Assembly: GCA_040751795.1 (NCBI GenBank)
Contig: JBFMHR010000004.1
Location: 32,001 to 96,000 of the forward strand
From: Thermoplasmatota archaeon
GTDB lineage: Archaea > Thermoplasmatota > Thermoplasmata > UBA10834
Direction: 5' to 3'
Length of the DNA stretch: 64,000 nt
Under the pieces are notes generated by a model. It was not told the origin of the DNA. It saw nothing but the letters and a program-made list of their open reading frames with translations, and did not search any database. The position numbers were made by a program, and so were the translations under genes. How positions within the stretch are numbered: the first letter of the stretch is position 1; every line of letters begins with the position of its first letter. Below are positions 54,892 through 64,000 of the stretch, one piece after another.

Positions 54892-55785
54892 TCAGAGCCC
54901 CATGACCAGGACGAGGAAGTTGCCGACCACCGCGGCGAAGGCCATGGCGATGGTCATCGGCACGATGAACGGTATCTTTGGGGTCACCCAGAGCCGCGTG
55001 TGGCCCACGGAGACGAGCCTGTCCACCTCCGCTCCGAGGTCCTCGTCCCTCCGGGGCCTCGTGTACCTCCGGTGGACCCCGTCCTCGACCCTCTCCATCA
55101 GCCACACCTTCCGGGCCTTGACGTCCTGGGCGTCCAGCCTGTACCCGAGTAGCGCGTAGGGCACCTCGAACTCGCCCGCGGCGAGGTTCCTGGCCGCGAA
55201 CGCCACAGGGGTGAACGCGACGATGACCGCTGCGGTGACGAGCACGACGAAGGAGAACGGGAACACTATCTCCGCGTAGGTGCCCTCCGCCGCGATGAGC
55301 GGGACGGGCCCGAGGTAAGGGTAGAACGGGAACATGACCGAGAGGGCCATGAGGGCCTTCGCGTCCGCGCCCCCCCTGATCATGTCGAGCATGTACATGA
55401 CCACGATGGCCATCATCATGACCGGAGCGGTCAGGAGGTGGGCGAAGTAGGTGTCGTCGGCCCACATGTACCCCAGGATGACGGTGGCCACGATGGCGGC
55501 CGCGTATGATGCGACGGGCAGCGCCCTCGCCCACCCGCCGGACTCCCCCGAGGGCCCGTAGACGTCCGCCAGGACCGCCAGCACGGGGACCAGGACGAGC
55601 AGGTACTCCAGCGGGGCCTCGTCGACGGCCACGCGGGCGGCCAGCAGGGCCATGGCCAGGGCGGACAGCACCATCCAGATGCCGTTGCCGACCTTCCTGG
55701 TCCTCCAGTCGAGGCCGGAGGCGTAGGAGAGGATGGCTAGGGTTACAGCGAGCTGAACCGCCGTCACGGCGTCCTGTGCATCCAC
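54892..55785 (-). CDS. Prepilin/prearchaellin peptidase (A24 family)
   Basis: DWRTR Asp site, GGADAKAL and WVTPKIPF; multiple TM segments. Confidence 0.87.
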   Translation of the reverse strand: MDAQDAVTAVQLAVTLAILSYASGLDWRTRKVGNGIWMVLSALAMALLAARVAVDEAPLEYLLVLVPVLAVLADVYGPSGESGGWARALPVASYAAAIVATVILGYMWADDTYFAHLLTAPVMMMAIVVMYMLDMIRGGADAKALMALSVMFPFYPYLGPVPLIAAEGTYAEIVFPFSFVVLVTAAVIVAFTPVAFAARNLAAGEFEVPYALLGYRLDAQDVKARKVWLMERVEDGVHRRYTRPRRDEDLGAEVDRLVSVGHTRLWVTPKIPFIVPMTIAMAFAAVVGNFLVLVMGL

Positions 55786-55832
55786 GCGACTGGATTAGGA
55801 TGACCGTACTTAATGCATTCGCGGACGGGCCG

Positions 55833-56837
55833 TCAGTCCGCTGGCTCCAGCCCGAGGCCGTCGGCGATCCGGACGGCCTCCTCGTACTCCGAGGTCCTCA
55901 GCCTCCGCGATATCTCAGGGAACTCCCGGGCCCGGTGCTCCGGCCTGTACTGGGCCATCACGTTGACCTTGACGTCCACGAGGTTCGACGCTATCCACTC
56001 CAGCGCAGGCCTCGTGCAGCACTCGACATGCCCAGGCAGGACGAGGTGCCTGATGATCATCTCCGCGTGGGCCCTCGCCTTCAGGTGGTTCCTGGTGACG
56101 ACCCGCATGTACTCCGGCACGCCGGAGAGCCTCATCGCGCAGGCGTCGTTGCCGTACTTGAAGTCGGTCAGGTAGACGTCCACGACCGGGTCGAGCAGCT
56201 CCATGGCCTCCTCCGAGAGGTACATGTTGGAGTTCCAGACCTGCGCGATGTCCGCATCGCACCCCTGGAGGGTCCGGAGTATGTACGGCAGGTTCGAGGT
56301 CGGGTCCCCGCCCACCCAGTTCACGTTCCTGGCAGCGGCCGTGCGCAGCCCCCGGGCGCGGCCGGCCCTCCCCTCGATCATCCGGGCCAGCTCGTCGGGG
56401 GGGATGCGGATACCTGAGCGCGGGCGCGTGCTGATCTCCCAGTTCTGGCAGTAGACGCAGTCGAAGGTGCAGCCTGCGAAGAACACGGTGTACGATGGCA
56501 CCAGGTCCGGTTCCTCGCCCATGTGGATGAACTCGCTCGTAACCCTCGCGTCCAGGACCTCGCAGTGTCCGGCCTGTCCCTCGCCCCTCCTCGCGCGGCA
56601 CCTCCTCTCGCAGAGGACGCACTCGGACTGCAGCCTCTCCGCGAGTTCGGCCTTGAGGCTCAGCAGGTCGGCGCCGTCGCCGTCACCTCCGCGCAACGCC
56701 CTCCGATGTGCGGCCCAGAGCTCGTCCGTGCTGGCAGAGAGGTCGGCGTCCGTGCGCCGTTCCCTGCAGGCGAGGTACCTGGCCCTCTCCTCGCCGGCAA
56801 GGACCCTGTAGTATCTCTCGAGAGCCCGCGAGCCCAT
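55833..56837 (-). CDS. PflX-like radical SAM protein
   Basis: CVLCERRC, HMGEE, CTFDCVYCQN, DFKYGN, RHLVLPGH and MAQYRP motifs. Confidence 0.87.
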   Translation of the reverse strand: MGSRALERYYRVLAGEERARYLACRERRTDADLSASTDELWAAHRRALRGGDGDGADLLSLKAELAERLQSECVLCERRCRARRGEGQAGHCEVLDARVTSEFIHMGEEPDLVPSYTVFFAGCTFDCVYCQNWEISTRPRSGIRIPPDELARMIEGRAGRARGLRTAAARNVNWVGGDPTSNLPYILRTLQGCDADIAQVWNSNMYLSEEAMELLDPVVDVYLTDFKYGNDACAMRLSGVPEYMRVVTRNHLKARAHAEMIIRHLVLPGHVECCTRPALEWIASNLVDVKVNVMAQYRPEHRAREFPEISRRLRTSEYEEAVRIADGLGLEPAD

Positions 56838-56892
56838 GCCAGTACAGTTGACGGAATAGGGATTTAATACTTCCAGGCCCGTGCGAAGGGCG

Positions 56893-57852
56893 ATGCGGCC
56901 ATCCGGTCTCGACGACATCCCCGACCTGTGGAAGGCGACCTACGACCTCGTGGCCCAGGTGCCGATGGGCAGGGTGACGACGTACGGCGAAGTCGCGAGG
57001 GCGCTCGGCGACGTCGTGGCGAGCAGGTTCGTCGGGCTGGCGATGAGCATGAACGACGACATCGTCCGGGTCCCCTGCAGGAGGGTGGTGCAGTCGGACG
57101 GCCGGGTCGGCGGGTACACCGGCGGCGGGCCCCGCCGCAAGGCCGCCCTCCTGAGGAAGGAGGGCGTCAGGGTGGAGGGCGGCGTCGTGCTGGACCTGGC
57201 CGACCTGATGTTCACCGACTTCGTCTCCGACCAGCCCCTCAAGGGGCTGAGGCGCCGCCAGGCCAGGCTCAGGGGCCGCGTCGACGTGCCCTCGCGCGAT
57301 ATAGATGTCGGGTACGTGGCCGGGGTGGACGTCGCATACGGCGGCGAGCACTCGTACGCGGTCGCAGCCGTGTTCGACTGGGCGACGGGCGGGATGGTGC
57401 GCCACTCGGTCCAGGAGGGGGATGCGTCGTTCCCCTACGTCCCGACCTACCTTGCGTTCAGGGAGCTCCCTCTCGTCCGGCCACTGATCGAGGACCTCCC
57501 GGAGGGGACGGTCCTCATGTACGACGGCAACGGGCTCCTCCACCCGGAGGGCATGGGGATTGCCACCCATGCGGGCGTGGCCTTCGGGGTCCCGACGATA
57601 GGGGTCGCCAAGAGCTACCTGTGCGGCGAGCGCGGAAGGCGCCTCCGGGGAGGCGTCGTCCCGCTCTCCATGGGCGGGGAGGTGGTCGGCTACGAGCTCT
57701 CGGGAGGCGGGTCCGCCTGGCCCGTCTACGTCTCCGTGGGGAGCGGCATAGGCCCGGGCCAATCCCTCACGGTCGTCAGGCGGTTCATGCGGCACAGGGT
57801 CCCTGAGCCGACGAGGGCCGCCCACATCCTCGCGAACAGGGCCCGTGGGTGA
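56893..57852 (+). CDS. O6-alkylguanine-transferase domain fused to endonuclease V
   Basis: GRVTTYG and VPCRRVV (Ogt-like), then GVDVAY, PYVPTYLAFRE, DGNGLLHP, GVAKS and PEP (EndoV). Confidence 0.87.
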   Translation: MRPSGLDDIPDLWKATYDLVAQVPMGRVTTYGEVARALGDVVASRFVGLAMSMNDDIVRVPCRRVVQSDGRVGGYTGGGPRRKAALLRKEGVRVEGGVVLDLADLMFTDFVSDQPLKGLRRRQARLRGRVDVPSRDIDVGYVAGVDVAYGGEHSYAVAAVFDWATGGMVRHSVQEGDASFPYVPTYLAFRELPLVRPLIEDLPEGTVLMYDGNGLLHPEGMGIATHAGVAFGVPTIGVAKSYLCGERGRRLRGGVVPLSMGGEVVGYELSGGGSAWPVYVSVGSGIGPGQSLTVVRRFMRHRVPEPTRAAHILANRARG

Positions 57853-57891
57853 GCAAGCCACAAATAACCGCTAGGCCGTCAGCGTCACCTG

Positions 57892-58794
57892 ATGCGGATA
57901 GTGGTCTTCGGGGCAGGCTCCCTCGGCTGTGCCCTGGGCGGGCTCCTCGCGAAGAGGCACGAGGTCGTCCTGATCGGAAGGAAGGAGAACACGGACGCCG
58001 TCAGGGAGAACGGCCTGCGGCTCGAAGGCGAGGTCGAGGCCAGGGTCGGACTGGACGCACGCGAGACGGTCGACGGCCTGTCCCCGCCGGACCTCGTCGT
58101 CCTGACCACAAAGGCCTACCATACGAGGGACGCCGTCGATGTCCTCTCCGCGGCGCCATGGCCTGACGCGCGGGCCATCACGCTGCAGAACGGCCTCGGG
58201 AACCTCGAGGTCCTGCGCGGGTGGAAGGGGGCCAAGGCCTTCGGCGCGACGACGACCATGGGCGCGTCGCTCGTCTCGCCGGGGAACGTGAGGCTCTCGG
58301 GCCTGGGCAGGACGGTGGTCGGGGCCGACCTGGACGAGGACGGGGCCTGGGGGATAGCCGGGGCGTTCTCCGCATGCGGGCTGAAGGTGGATGTCAGGAG
58401 GGACATCGCGGGCGAGATATGGGCGAAGGCGGTTGTGAACTGCTGCATCAACCCGCTGACCGCGGTGCTCCGCGTGCCCAACGGTAAGCTGCTGGAGAGC
58501 GAGCCGGTGTCGCGCCTGATGTCCGACATATGCATTGAGTGCTCCGCCGTCGCTCTGGCCGCGGGCGTCGCCCTTCCCGAGGGAAGGATGATCGACCGGG
58601 TCAGGGCGGTGGCCGAGGACACCGCGGGCAACAGGTCCAGCATGCTCAGGGACGTCGAGCTGGGGAGGAGGACGGAGATAGCGCAGCTGAACGGCGCGGT
58701 CTGCAGGGTGGGCTCCGCCCACGGGATTCCGACGCCGCTGAACAGGGCCGTGGCGGCCATGGTGGAGGCGCTCGAGCCAGCCACCGTGCAATGA
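57892..58794 (+). CDS. panE: 2-dehydropantoate 2-reductase
   Basis: GAGSLG, KAY, LQNG, WAKAVVN, SSMLRD and TEI..LNG motifs. Confidence 0.92.
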   Translation: MRIVVFGAGSLGCALGGLLAKRHEVVLIGRKENTDAVRENGLRLEGEVEARVGLDARETVDGLSPPDLVVLTTKAYHTRDAVDVLSAAPWPDARAITLQNGLGNLEVLRGWKGAKAFGATTTMGASLVSPGNVRLSGLGRTVVGADLDEDGAWGIAGAFSACGLKVDVRRDIAGEIWAKAVVNCCINPLTAVLRVPNGKLLESEPVSRLMSDICIECSAVALAAGVALPEGRMIDRVRAVAEDTAGNRSSMLRDVELGRRTEIAQLNGAVCRVGSAHGIPTPLNRAVAAMVEALEPATVQ

Positions 58795-58842
58795 GTAAAA
58801 AGGTTAATATCGTAACATGATGCTCTTCAGGGCCGTGATAAG

Positions 58843-59481
58843 ATGGTAGATGTGAAGGAGCTGGCAGCCAACGCCAAGGTCCTCAGGAAGAAGGGCCTGA
58901 GCGTCCGCGAGATAGCCGACGAGTTGCACCTCTCGATCGACACGGTCAACTACCTGATAGAGTACGGTGCGGAGGGCCTGCCCCCATCGGACGTGAAGAT
59001 CGGCTGGCGGTCGATCGGCGTCTCAGGGTACCGCATAGGGCTGATGTCCGAGCTCATGGCCGACATGGCGCTCGAGGAGCTCTCGAAGAAGGAGCAGCTC
59101 GCCGACGTCGTCATGGGGATATCCATAAACGGGGTCCCGTTCGCGTGCAAGATATCGGAGCTCATGGGCATCGACTTCGGCGTCTACAGACCTCACTCGG
59201 AGTCCGAGACGGGCGGGGCGTTCAGCTCCAACTTCGCCTCCACCGGCGACAAGAAGAAGATCATAATCGTTGACGACGTGCTCAGCACGGGCGCGACGAT
59301 CAAGGGCGCCATCCACGACATACGGGAGGCGGGCGGCGAACCGGTCCTGGTGCTCGTGATAGTCAACAAGAGCAGCATGAACGAGGTCGACGGCGTCCCG
59401 CTGAGGGGCCTGATTAGGGCCCGGTCGCTGGGCGGGACGATACTGGGCGGCGCCGTCAAGAAGGGCTTCCCGTACGACTAG
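58843..59481 (+). CDS. HTH + orotate phosphoribosyltransferase-like protein (archaeal PyrE-like/GfcR-type regulator)
   Basis: GLSVREIADELHLS HTH, DVKIGWRSIG and PRT motif IVDDVLSTG. Confidence 0.85.
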   Translation: MVDVKELAANAKVLRKKGLSVREIADELHLSIDTVNYLIEYGAEGLPPSDVKIGWRSIGVSGYRIGLMSELMADMALEELSKKEQLADVVMGISINGVPFACKISELMGIDFGVYRPHSESETGGAFSSNFASTGDKKKIIIVDDVLSTGATIKGAIHDIREAGGEPVLVLVIVNKSSMNEVDGVPLRGLIRARSLGGTILGGAVKKGFPYD

Positions 59482-60698
59482 GACCTCTTCGCCGACTCCC
59501 TGAGCGCCTCGATCACGGGCATTGGCTTCCCGAGCATGAACCGCTCGAGGGCGCCCCCTCCGGTGCTGCAGTAAGAGAACCTGTCCTTCAGCCCGAGCTT
59601 GTTCGCGGCGGCGCTGGAGTGCCCTCCGCCTATGACCGAGAACGCCCCCGACTCGACTATGGCCTGGTAGACGTCCCTCGTCCCCCTGGAGAACTCCTCC
59701 CTCTCGAACACCCCCGGGGGCCCGGAGAGGAAGACGGTCTTGGACGAGCGGATGATCTCGGTGAACCTCCCGATGGTGTCCTCCCCGATGTCCATCACGG
59801 CCGCCCCCTTGGGCATGGAGCCGAGAGGGTACTCCCTCCTCGCCCCGCCCTCGTCGACAGCGCCGTCGGATGGCAGCACGATCTTGTCCTGGTGCTCGGA
59901 CCAGAGCCTCCGGGCTAGGTCTGCGGACTCGAGGCCCATGTCCTTCCTTATCATCTCCTCGGTGCCGGAGCCGACGCTCTTCCCGAGGCACCAGAGGTAG
60001 CCGTAGCCGGCCAGCCCTGCGACCAGTATGTGGTCCACGGAGTCCCTCTTGACGAGCGCCTCGATGGCCTGGAGGGCGTCGGAGAGCTTCTTCCCGCCGA
60101 AGATGTAGGTCGACGGGCGCTTGGGCGCCTGGAAGACGTCCGACAGGGTCCTGATCTCCTTCTCCAGCAGCCTCCCGGCCGCCGAGGGCAGCACCGCGGT
60201 GAACCCGACCAGGGATGCGTGCGACCTGTGGGACGAGGCGAATGCGTCGTTGACGAAGAGGTCGAACTTGGGGGCGAGCGACCTGACCATGTCCGACCTG
60301 GCGTGCTCCTCGGGGCTCCTGCTGGCCTGCTCCTCCCCGAAGTACCTCACGTTCTTCATGAGGACGCACTCCCCCTCGGCGAGGCCGTCGATGGCCTTCA
60401 GCGCGTGCCCCCCGAAGATGTCGTCCACGTAGCGGACCTTCCTGCCGAGGTACCTGCTGAGGAAGGCCGCGTGTTCGTTGAGCGGTATGAAGTCGTAGTC
60501 GCCGGGCCGGCCCTGGTGGGCGAGCACGACCAGCTTCCCGCCGCGGTCGACGATCTCCCTGATGGTGGGGACAGACGACAGTATCTTGGAGCCGTCCTCC
60601 AGGGCGAGGGTCCTCTCGTCCACCGGGGAGTTGATGTCCACCCTGAGGAGCACCCTCTTGCCGCGCAGGTCGAAATCGTCCAGTGTGTGGAACCCCAT
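59478..60698 (-). CDS. pgk: Phosphoglycerate kinase
   Basis: RVDINSP, AHQGRP, NDAF..SHRSH, GPPGVFE, GGGH and STGGGA motifs. Confidence 0.95.
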   Translation of the reverse strand: MGFHTLDDFDLRGKRVLLRVDINSPVDERTLALEDGSKILSSVPTIREIVDRGGKLVVLAHQGRPGDYDFIPLNEHAAFLSRYLGRKVRYVDDIFGGHALKAIDGLAEGECVLMKNVRYFGEEQASRSPEEHARSDMVRSLAPKFDLFVNDAFASSHRSHASLVGFTAVLPSAAGRLLEKEIRTLSDVFQAPKRPSTYIFGGKKLSDALQAIEALVKRDSVDHILVAGLAGYGYLWCLGKSVGSGTEEMIRKDMGLESADLARRLWSEHQDKIVLPSDGAVDEGGARREYPLGSMPKGAAVMDIGEDTIGRFTEIIRSSKTVFLSGPPGVFEREEFSRGTRDVYQAIVESGAFSVIGGGHSSAAANKLGLKDRFSYCSTGGGALERFMLGKPMPVIEALRESAKRS

Positions 60699-61033
60699 CC
60701 CGCTGCCCCCGTCCAAGCCTCTGCCCGAGTCTCTTCCCCCTTCTCCGCCCGCATGCGCCGGCCTGCGCCGGCGCGAGGACCCGTCGGAACCGTCCGTCAA
60801 GGCCGATGCCCCCGCGCACCGCGCCTGCCCGGCGCCAGGTGCGCGCCCTTACCGTTGTACCGGATTGGACGTTCGATATAAAGCATTGACGTCGCTATCA
60901 CTCCTGGGAAGGGGACAGAAAGTATTTTGTCAGAGCATCAGCATTGCTGAGGAAAGATGGGCGCGCACGAGGTTTTTGGCGATTTGGCCCGTCCACGGAT
61001 GTGTTTCGTTTGAAGGCGATTGCGGTAGACAAG

Positions 61034-62164
61034 ATGCTCGTGAAGGACATCATGAGCCCCCCGGCTCTGACGGCCAACAAGGGAGATACGGTCTCAGAGG
61101 TCATCTCGAAGATGAAGAAGAACAACGTCAGGGAGATACCCGTGGTCGAGGGGGGCAAGCCCCTGGGGCTCGTGAGCCACAGGGTCCTGATCGCCCGGAG
61201 GAACGTCCCACTCAGCGCCAAGGTCGAGCACGTGATGATCCCCGCGCCCAGGCTCGAGGAGGACATGAAGGTGCTCGAGGCCGCGGAGGAGATGCTCTCG
61301 TCCGGGGTCAGGGGCGCCCCCGTGGTCAGGAACCACAAGATGGTCGGGTTCGTGTCCAGGACGGACATAGTGAGGATGCTGCCGAAGGTGGACGAGCTCC
61401 GCTCGAAGAAGGTCTCCGAGATCATGAGCAGGAACCCCCACGCCGTGACCAAGGACGAGACCATCAGGAAGGCCCAGGTCATGATGACCGGCCTTGACGA
61501 GAAGGCGCTCCCGGTGGTCGACAAGGACGAGAGGCTCATCGGCGCGGTCGGTATGACGGAGGTCATGGACGTGATATGGTCGCCCAAGGCGTCGAAGCCC
61601 CCGAACGAGATCATGGGCAGCGGGAGGGACGCCGTCGACGTCAAGGTCGGGGGCATCATGAACGACTCCCCCACCTTCGTCCTGCCGGACGACACCCTGG
61701 AGAAGGCCGTCTCCGTGATGATGGACAAGAAGCTGTCCACCCTCTTCGTGACCTCCGAGGGCAGGCTCGTGGGGGTCGTCTCGCAGGTCGACCTCATCGA
61801 GCAGGCGATCGGCCTCCTCCCGAGGGAGGGCGTCTACGTCCAGATCACGGGCCTCGACGTCGGGGACCCAGAGGTCTACGACGTCCTCTACGAGCTCATA
61901 GGCAAGTCGATGAAGAGGATCGACAGGATCGTGCCCCCGAGGGTCTTCTCCATGCACGTGAGCACGTACCACCACGAGGGCCTGAAGAGCAAGTACAGCC
62001 TGGGGGCCCGGCTCACGACCTCGAAGAGCATGCACTACGTTAAGAGCGTCGACTGGGACCTGTACAAGGCCACCGACGCGCTCCTCGACATGCTCGAGGC
62101 CAACGTCAGGCGGGACCACGAGAAGCAGCTGGACCTGGTCAAGAAGAGGAAGCCGAACCTATAG
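61034..62164 (+). CDS. 4xCBS domain protein with C-terminal HPF/RaiA-like domain (candidate ribosome hibernation factor)
   Basis: Four CBS repeats, then YVQITGL...KYSLGARLTT...DWDLYKATDALLDMLE; the start may be GTG 61001. Confidence 0.75.
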   Translation: MLVKDIMSPPALTANKGDTVSEVISKMKKNNVREIPVVEGGKPLGLVSHRVLIARRNVPLSAKVEHVMIPAPRLEEDMKVLEAAEEMLSSGVRGAPVVRNHKMVGFVSRTDIVRMLPKVDELRSKKVSEIMSRNPHAVTKDETIRKAQVMMTGLDEKALPVVDKDERLIGAVGMTEVMDVIWSPKASKPPNEIMGSGRDAVDVKVGGIMNDSPTFVLPDDTLEKAVSVMMDKKLSTLFVTSEGRLVGVVSQVDLIEQAIGLLPREGVYVQITGLDVGDPEVYDVLYELIGKSMKRIDRIVPPRVFSMHVSTYHHEGLKSKYSLGARLTTSKSMHYVKSVDWDLYKATDALLDMLEANVRRDHEKQLDLVKKRKPNL

Positions 62165-63175
62165 GTCCCAGTACTCCGACGCGTTCCTCATGCACCTCTC
62201 GACGGTGCCGCGCCCGAGGCAGCTGTTGTCCACCATGTCGGTGAACTCCAGGGGCACCTCGACCCCCTCCATCGCGCCGACTATGCCCGCGACCACCTCC
62301 GAGAGGGAGGGGATGTCGTACCCCCCCTCCAGCATGAAGGTCGTCCTCCCCCCGCACGCCCTCCTCCCGAACGAGAGCAGCTGCCTGGCCTGGCGCACGT
62401 GCCCGTCCGAGGAGAGGCTGAGCGACGCGAGCGGGTCCCTGTAGTGGTTGTCGACGCCCATGCTGACCAGGAGCGCGTCCGGCTTGAACTGCTCCAGTAT
62501 CGGCTCGACCACGCTCCCGTAGGCGAGGTCGAAGGTGGAGTCGCCGCAGCCGGAGGCCAGGGGCATGTTGAACGTGAACCCCTGGCCCTCCCCCTTCCCC
62601 ACGAAGTCGAGGCTCCCCGTGCCCGGGAAGATCCCCGTCTGGTGGGTGGAGATGTAGAGCACGGTGGGGTCGGCCGCGAAGACCTGCTCGGTCCCGTTGC
62701 CGTGGTGGACGTCCATGTCGACTATCGCTATCCGACGGTCGCCGCCCCTCTGGAGGTGCCTCGCCGCGATGGCTATGTTGTTGAAGTAGCAGAACCCCAT
62801 CCCGAAGTTCGGCCCCGAGTGGTGCCCCGGCGGACGGGTCAGGGCGAAGGTAGGCCTCCCGTGCTCCTTCGCGTGGGCGACCGCGTCTATGGCCGACTCC
62901 GCGGAGAGCGCCGCGATGCCGAAGGTCTCGTGGTGGACCCGCGTGTCGAGGGTGAGGTTGCACTCGCCGCAGGTCTCTATGAAGTCGATGTAGTCCTCCT
63001 CGTGGACGAGCCTGAGGTGCTCCTTGCTCCCGGCCCTCGAGGAGCGCACGTCCTTCCAGAGTCCGTGGGCCTTCAGCTTCTGGACTATGCCCCTCAGCCT
63101 CTCGGGCGACTCCGGGTGGAAGGGGTCCTGGACATGACCGTAGAACTCCTCGTTGAAGAATATGGCCACGTCCAT
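62159..63175 (-). CDS. Histone deacetylase family (Zn-dependent) protein
   Basis: HPESPER, RPPGHH, GFCYFNN, DVHHGNGT, FPGTG and LEGGY motifs. Confidence 0.92.
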   Translation of the reverse strand: MDVAIFFNEEFYGHVQDPFHPESPERLRGIVQKLKAHGLWKDVRSSRAGSKEHLRLVHEEDYIDFIETCGECNLTLDTRVHHETFGIAALSAESAIDAVAHAKEHGRPTFALTRPPGHHSGPNFGMGFCYFNNIAIAARHLQRGGDRRIAIVDMDVHHGNGTEQVFAADPTVLYISTHQTGIFPGTGSLDFVGKGEGQGFTFNMPLASGCGDSTFDLAYGSVVEPILEQFKPDALLVSMGVDNHYRDPLASLSLSSDGHVRQARQLLSFGRRACGGRTTFMLEGGYDIPSLSEVVAGIVGAMEGVEVPLEFTDMVDNSCLGRGTVERCMRNASEYWDL

Positions 63176-63260
63176 CCCTTAACCTGGTGTCCGTAGATAA
63201 GATTTGTTCCAGACCGCGCGGGCCGGGCCGAAAGTAACATAACGCTCGAGACCCGGTTCA

Positions 63261-63659
63261 GTGGCAGGTGTCCCCTTGAGCATCGAGCAGCTGATCCTGC
63301 TACTGGTGGCCGTCCTCCTCGTCGCCCTGATATTCTTCGCCAGCTCGGCCCTGGTGGCGAGCGACTGGTCCATCGACGGGCCGTTCGTGCTCCGCCTGCT
63401 CCTAGTGTCCCTCATCGCCGTGCTGGTGATACCATTCGTGAGCGGCGTCGCGCACGACCTCGGGATCGACGAGCTCGGCCTCCTCTTCGGCTTCGTGATA
63501 CTCATATTCGTGGTGAGGTACGTGCTGGTGGAGGAGCTCCCGGTCGCGGACGACTGGCTGGCCTCGATAGTGATAACCCTCCTCGGCGTGGTGCTCATCT
63601 TCGCGGTGCAGGAGCTGGCCGACAGGTTCTTCGACACCCGGATGCTGACGGTGTTCTAG
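63261..63659 (+). CDS. Small integral membrane hypothetical protein
   Basis: Four hydrophobic helices. Confidence 0.65.
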   Translation: MAGVPLSIEQLILLLVAVLLVALIFFASSALVASDWSIDGPFVLRLLLVSLIAVLVIPFVSGVAHDLGIDELGLLFGFVILIFVVRYVLVEELPVADDWLASIVITLLGVVLIFAVQELADRFFDTRMLTVF

Positions 63660-64000
63660 ATCTCCCTGAACTCCTTCGAGCACGGGGTGAGGGTCTGGCA
63701 GCCCTTCCTGGTCACCAGGACGTCGTCCTCGATCCGGACCCCGCCGAACCCGGCTATGTACGCCCCCGGCTCGACGGTGAGGACCATGCCCTCCCGGAGG
63801 GTCATGTCCCTCGCGGGCGATATCCCGCCCGGGTCGTGGACCGACACGCCTATCCCGTGGCCGGTGCTGTGGATGAACCTGCCGCGGAACCTGCTGCCGT
63901 CGATGATCCTCCTTGCCGCGCCGTCCACGTCCTTCCCCTGGACGCCGTCGCGGATCGCGTCTATCGCGGCCATCTGCGCCCTCAGGACGACGTCGTACAT
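63656..64000 (-). CDS. Xaa-Pro peptidase (M24), 3' part only
   Basis: [18 protein letters not shown] and GVRIEDD; the 5' end lies outside the window. Confidence 0.9.
   Translation of the reverse strand: MYDVVLRAQMAAIDAIRDGVQGKDVDGAARRIIDGSRFRGRFIHSTGHGIGVSVHDPGGISPARDMTLREGMVLTVEPGAYIAGFGGVRIEDDVLVTRKGCQTLTPCSKEFREI

Noticed and set aside
60700-61000. Long GC-rich pgk/CBS intergenic region as a possible riboswitch or ncRNA
   Set aside because: Only short GC stems expected by chance; no recognisable motif.
1-64000. CRISPR arrays, rRNA genes, IS elements or integrases
   Set aside because: No regularly spaced repeats, rRNA-like stretch, or transposase/integrase motifs were seen.

Overview
High-GC archaeal chromosomal DNA, most consistent with Thermoplasmatota. 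This is inferred from aRF1, the L18e-L13-S9-RpoN cluster, archaeal PheRS-alpha, a BHB-intron tRNA, an AGT-EndoV fusion and MutS/MutL. Most of the window is housekeeping: translation, DNA repair, nucleotide and cofactor metabolism, transporters and surface proteins. The standout is a compact four-gene cassette at 36806-39059 encoding an E1-like activating enzyme, a 79-aa ubiquitin-like protein ending in Gly-Gly, a eukaryote-like UBC/E2 (HPN motif plus catalytic Cys) and an Rpn11/CSN5-like JAB deubiquitinase. No E3 is visible. Also notable: (1) a ~1.2-kb integrase-less islet carrying a CDF metal exporter, bounded by a 22-bp duplication of the tRNA-Pro 3' end; (2) a perfect TetR-type operator palindrome; (3) two pyrrolysine-free MttB-family methyltransferases and a short core methionine synthase; (4) a LarA/GlcF/GlcD lactate module; (5) a wHTH-STAND-TPR protein; (6) a CBS-HPF ribosome hibernation-factor candidate; (7) two genes that appear to use non-canonical start codons. 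All calls come from reading motifs by eye; no database searches were run.
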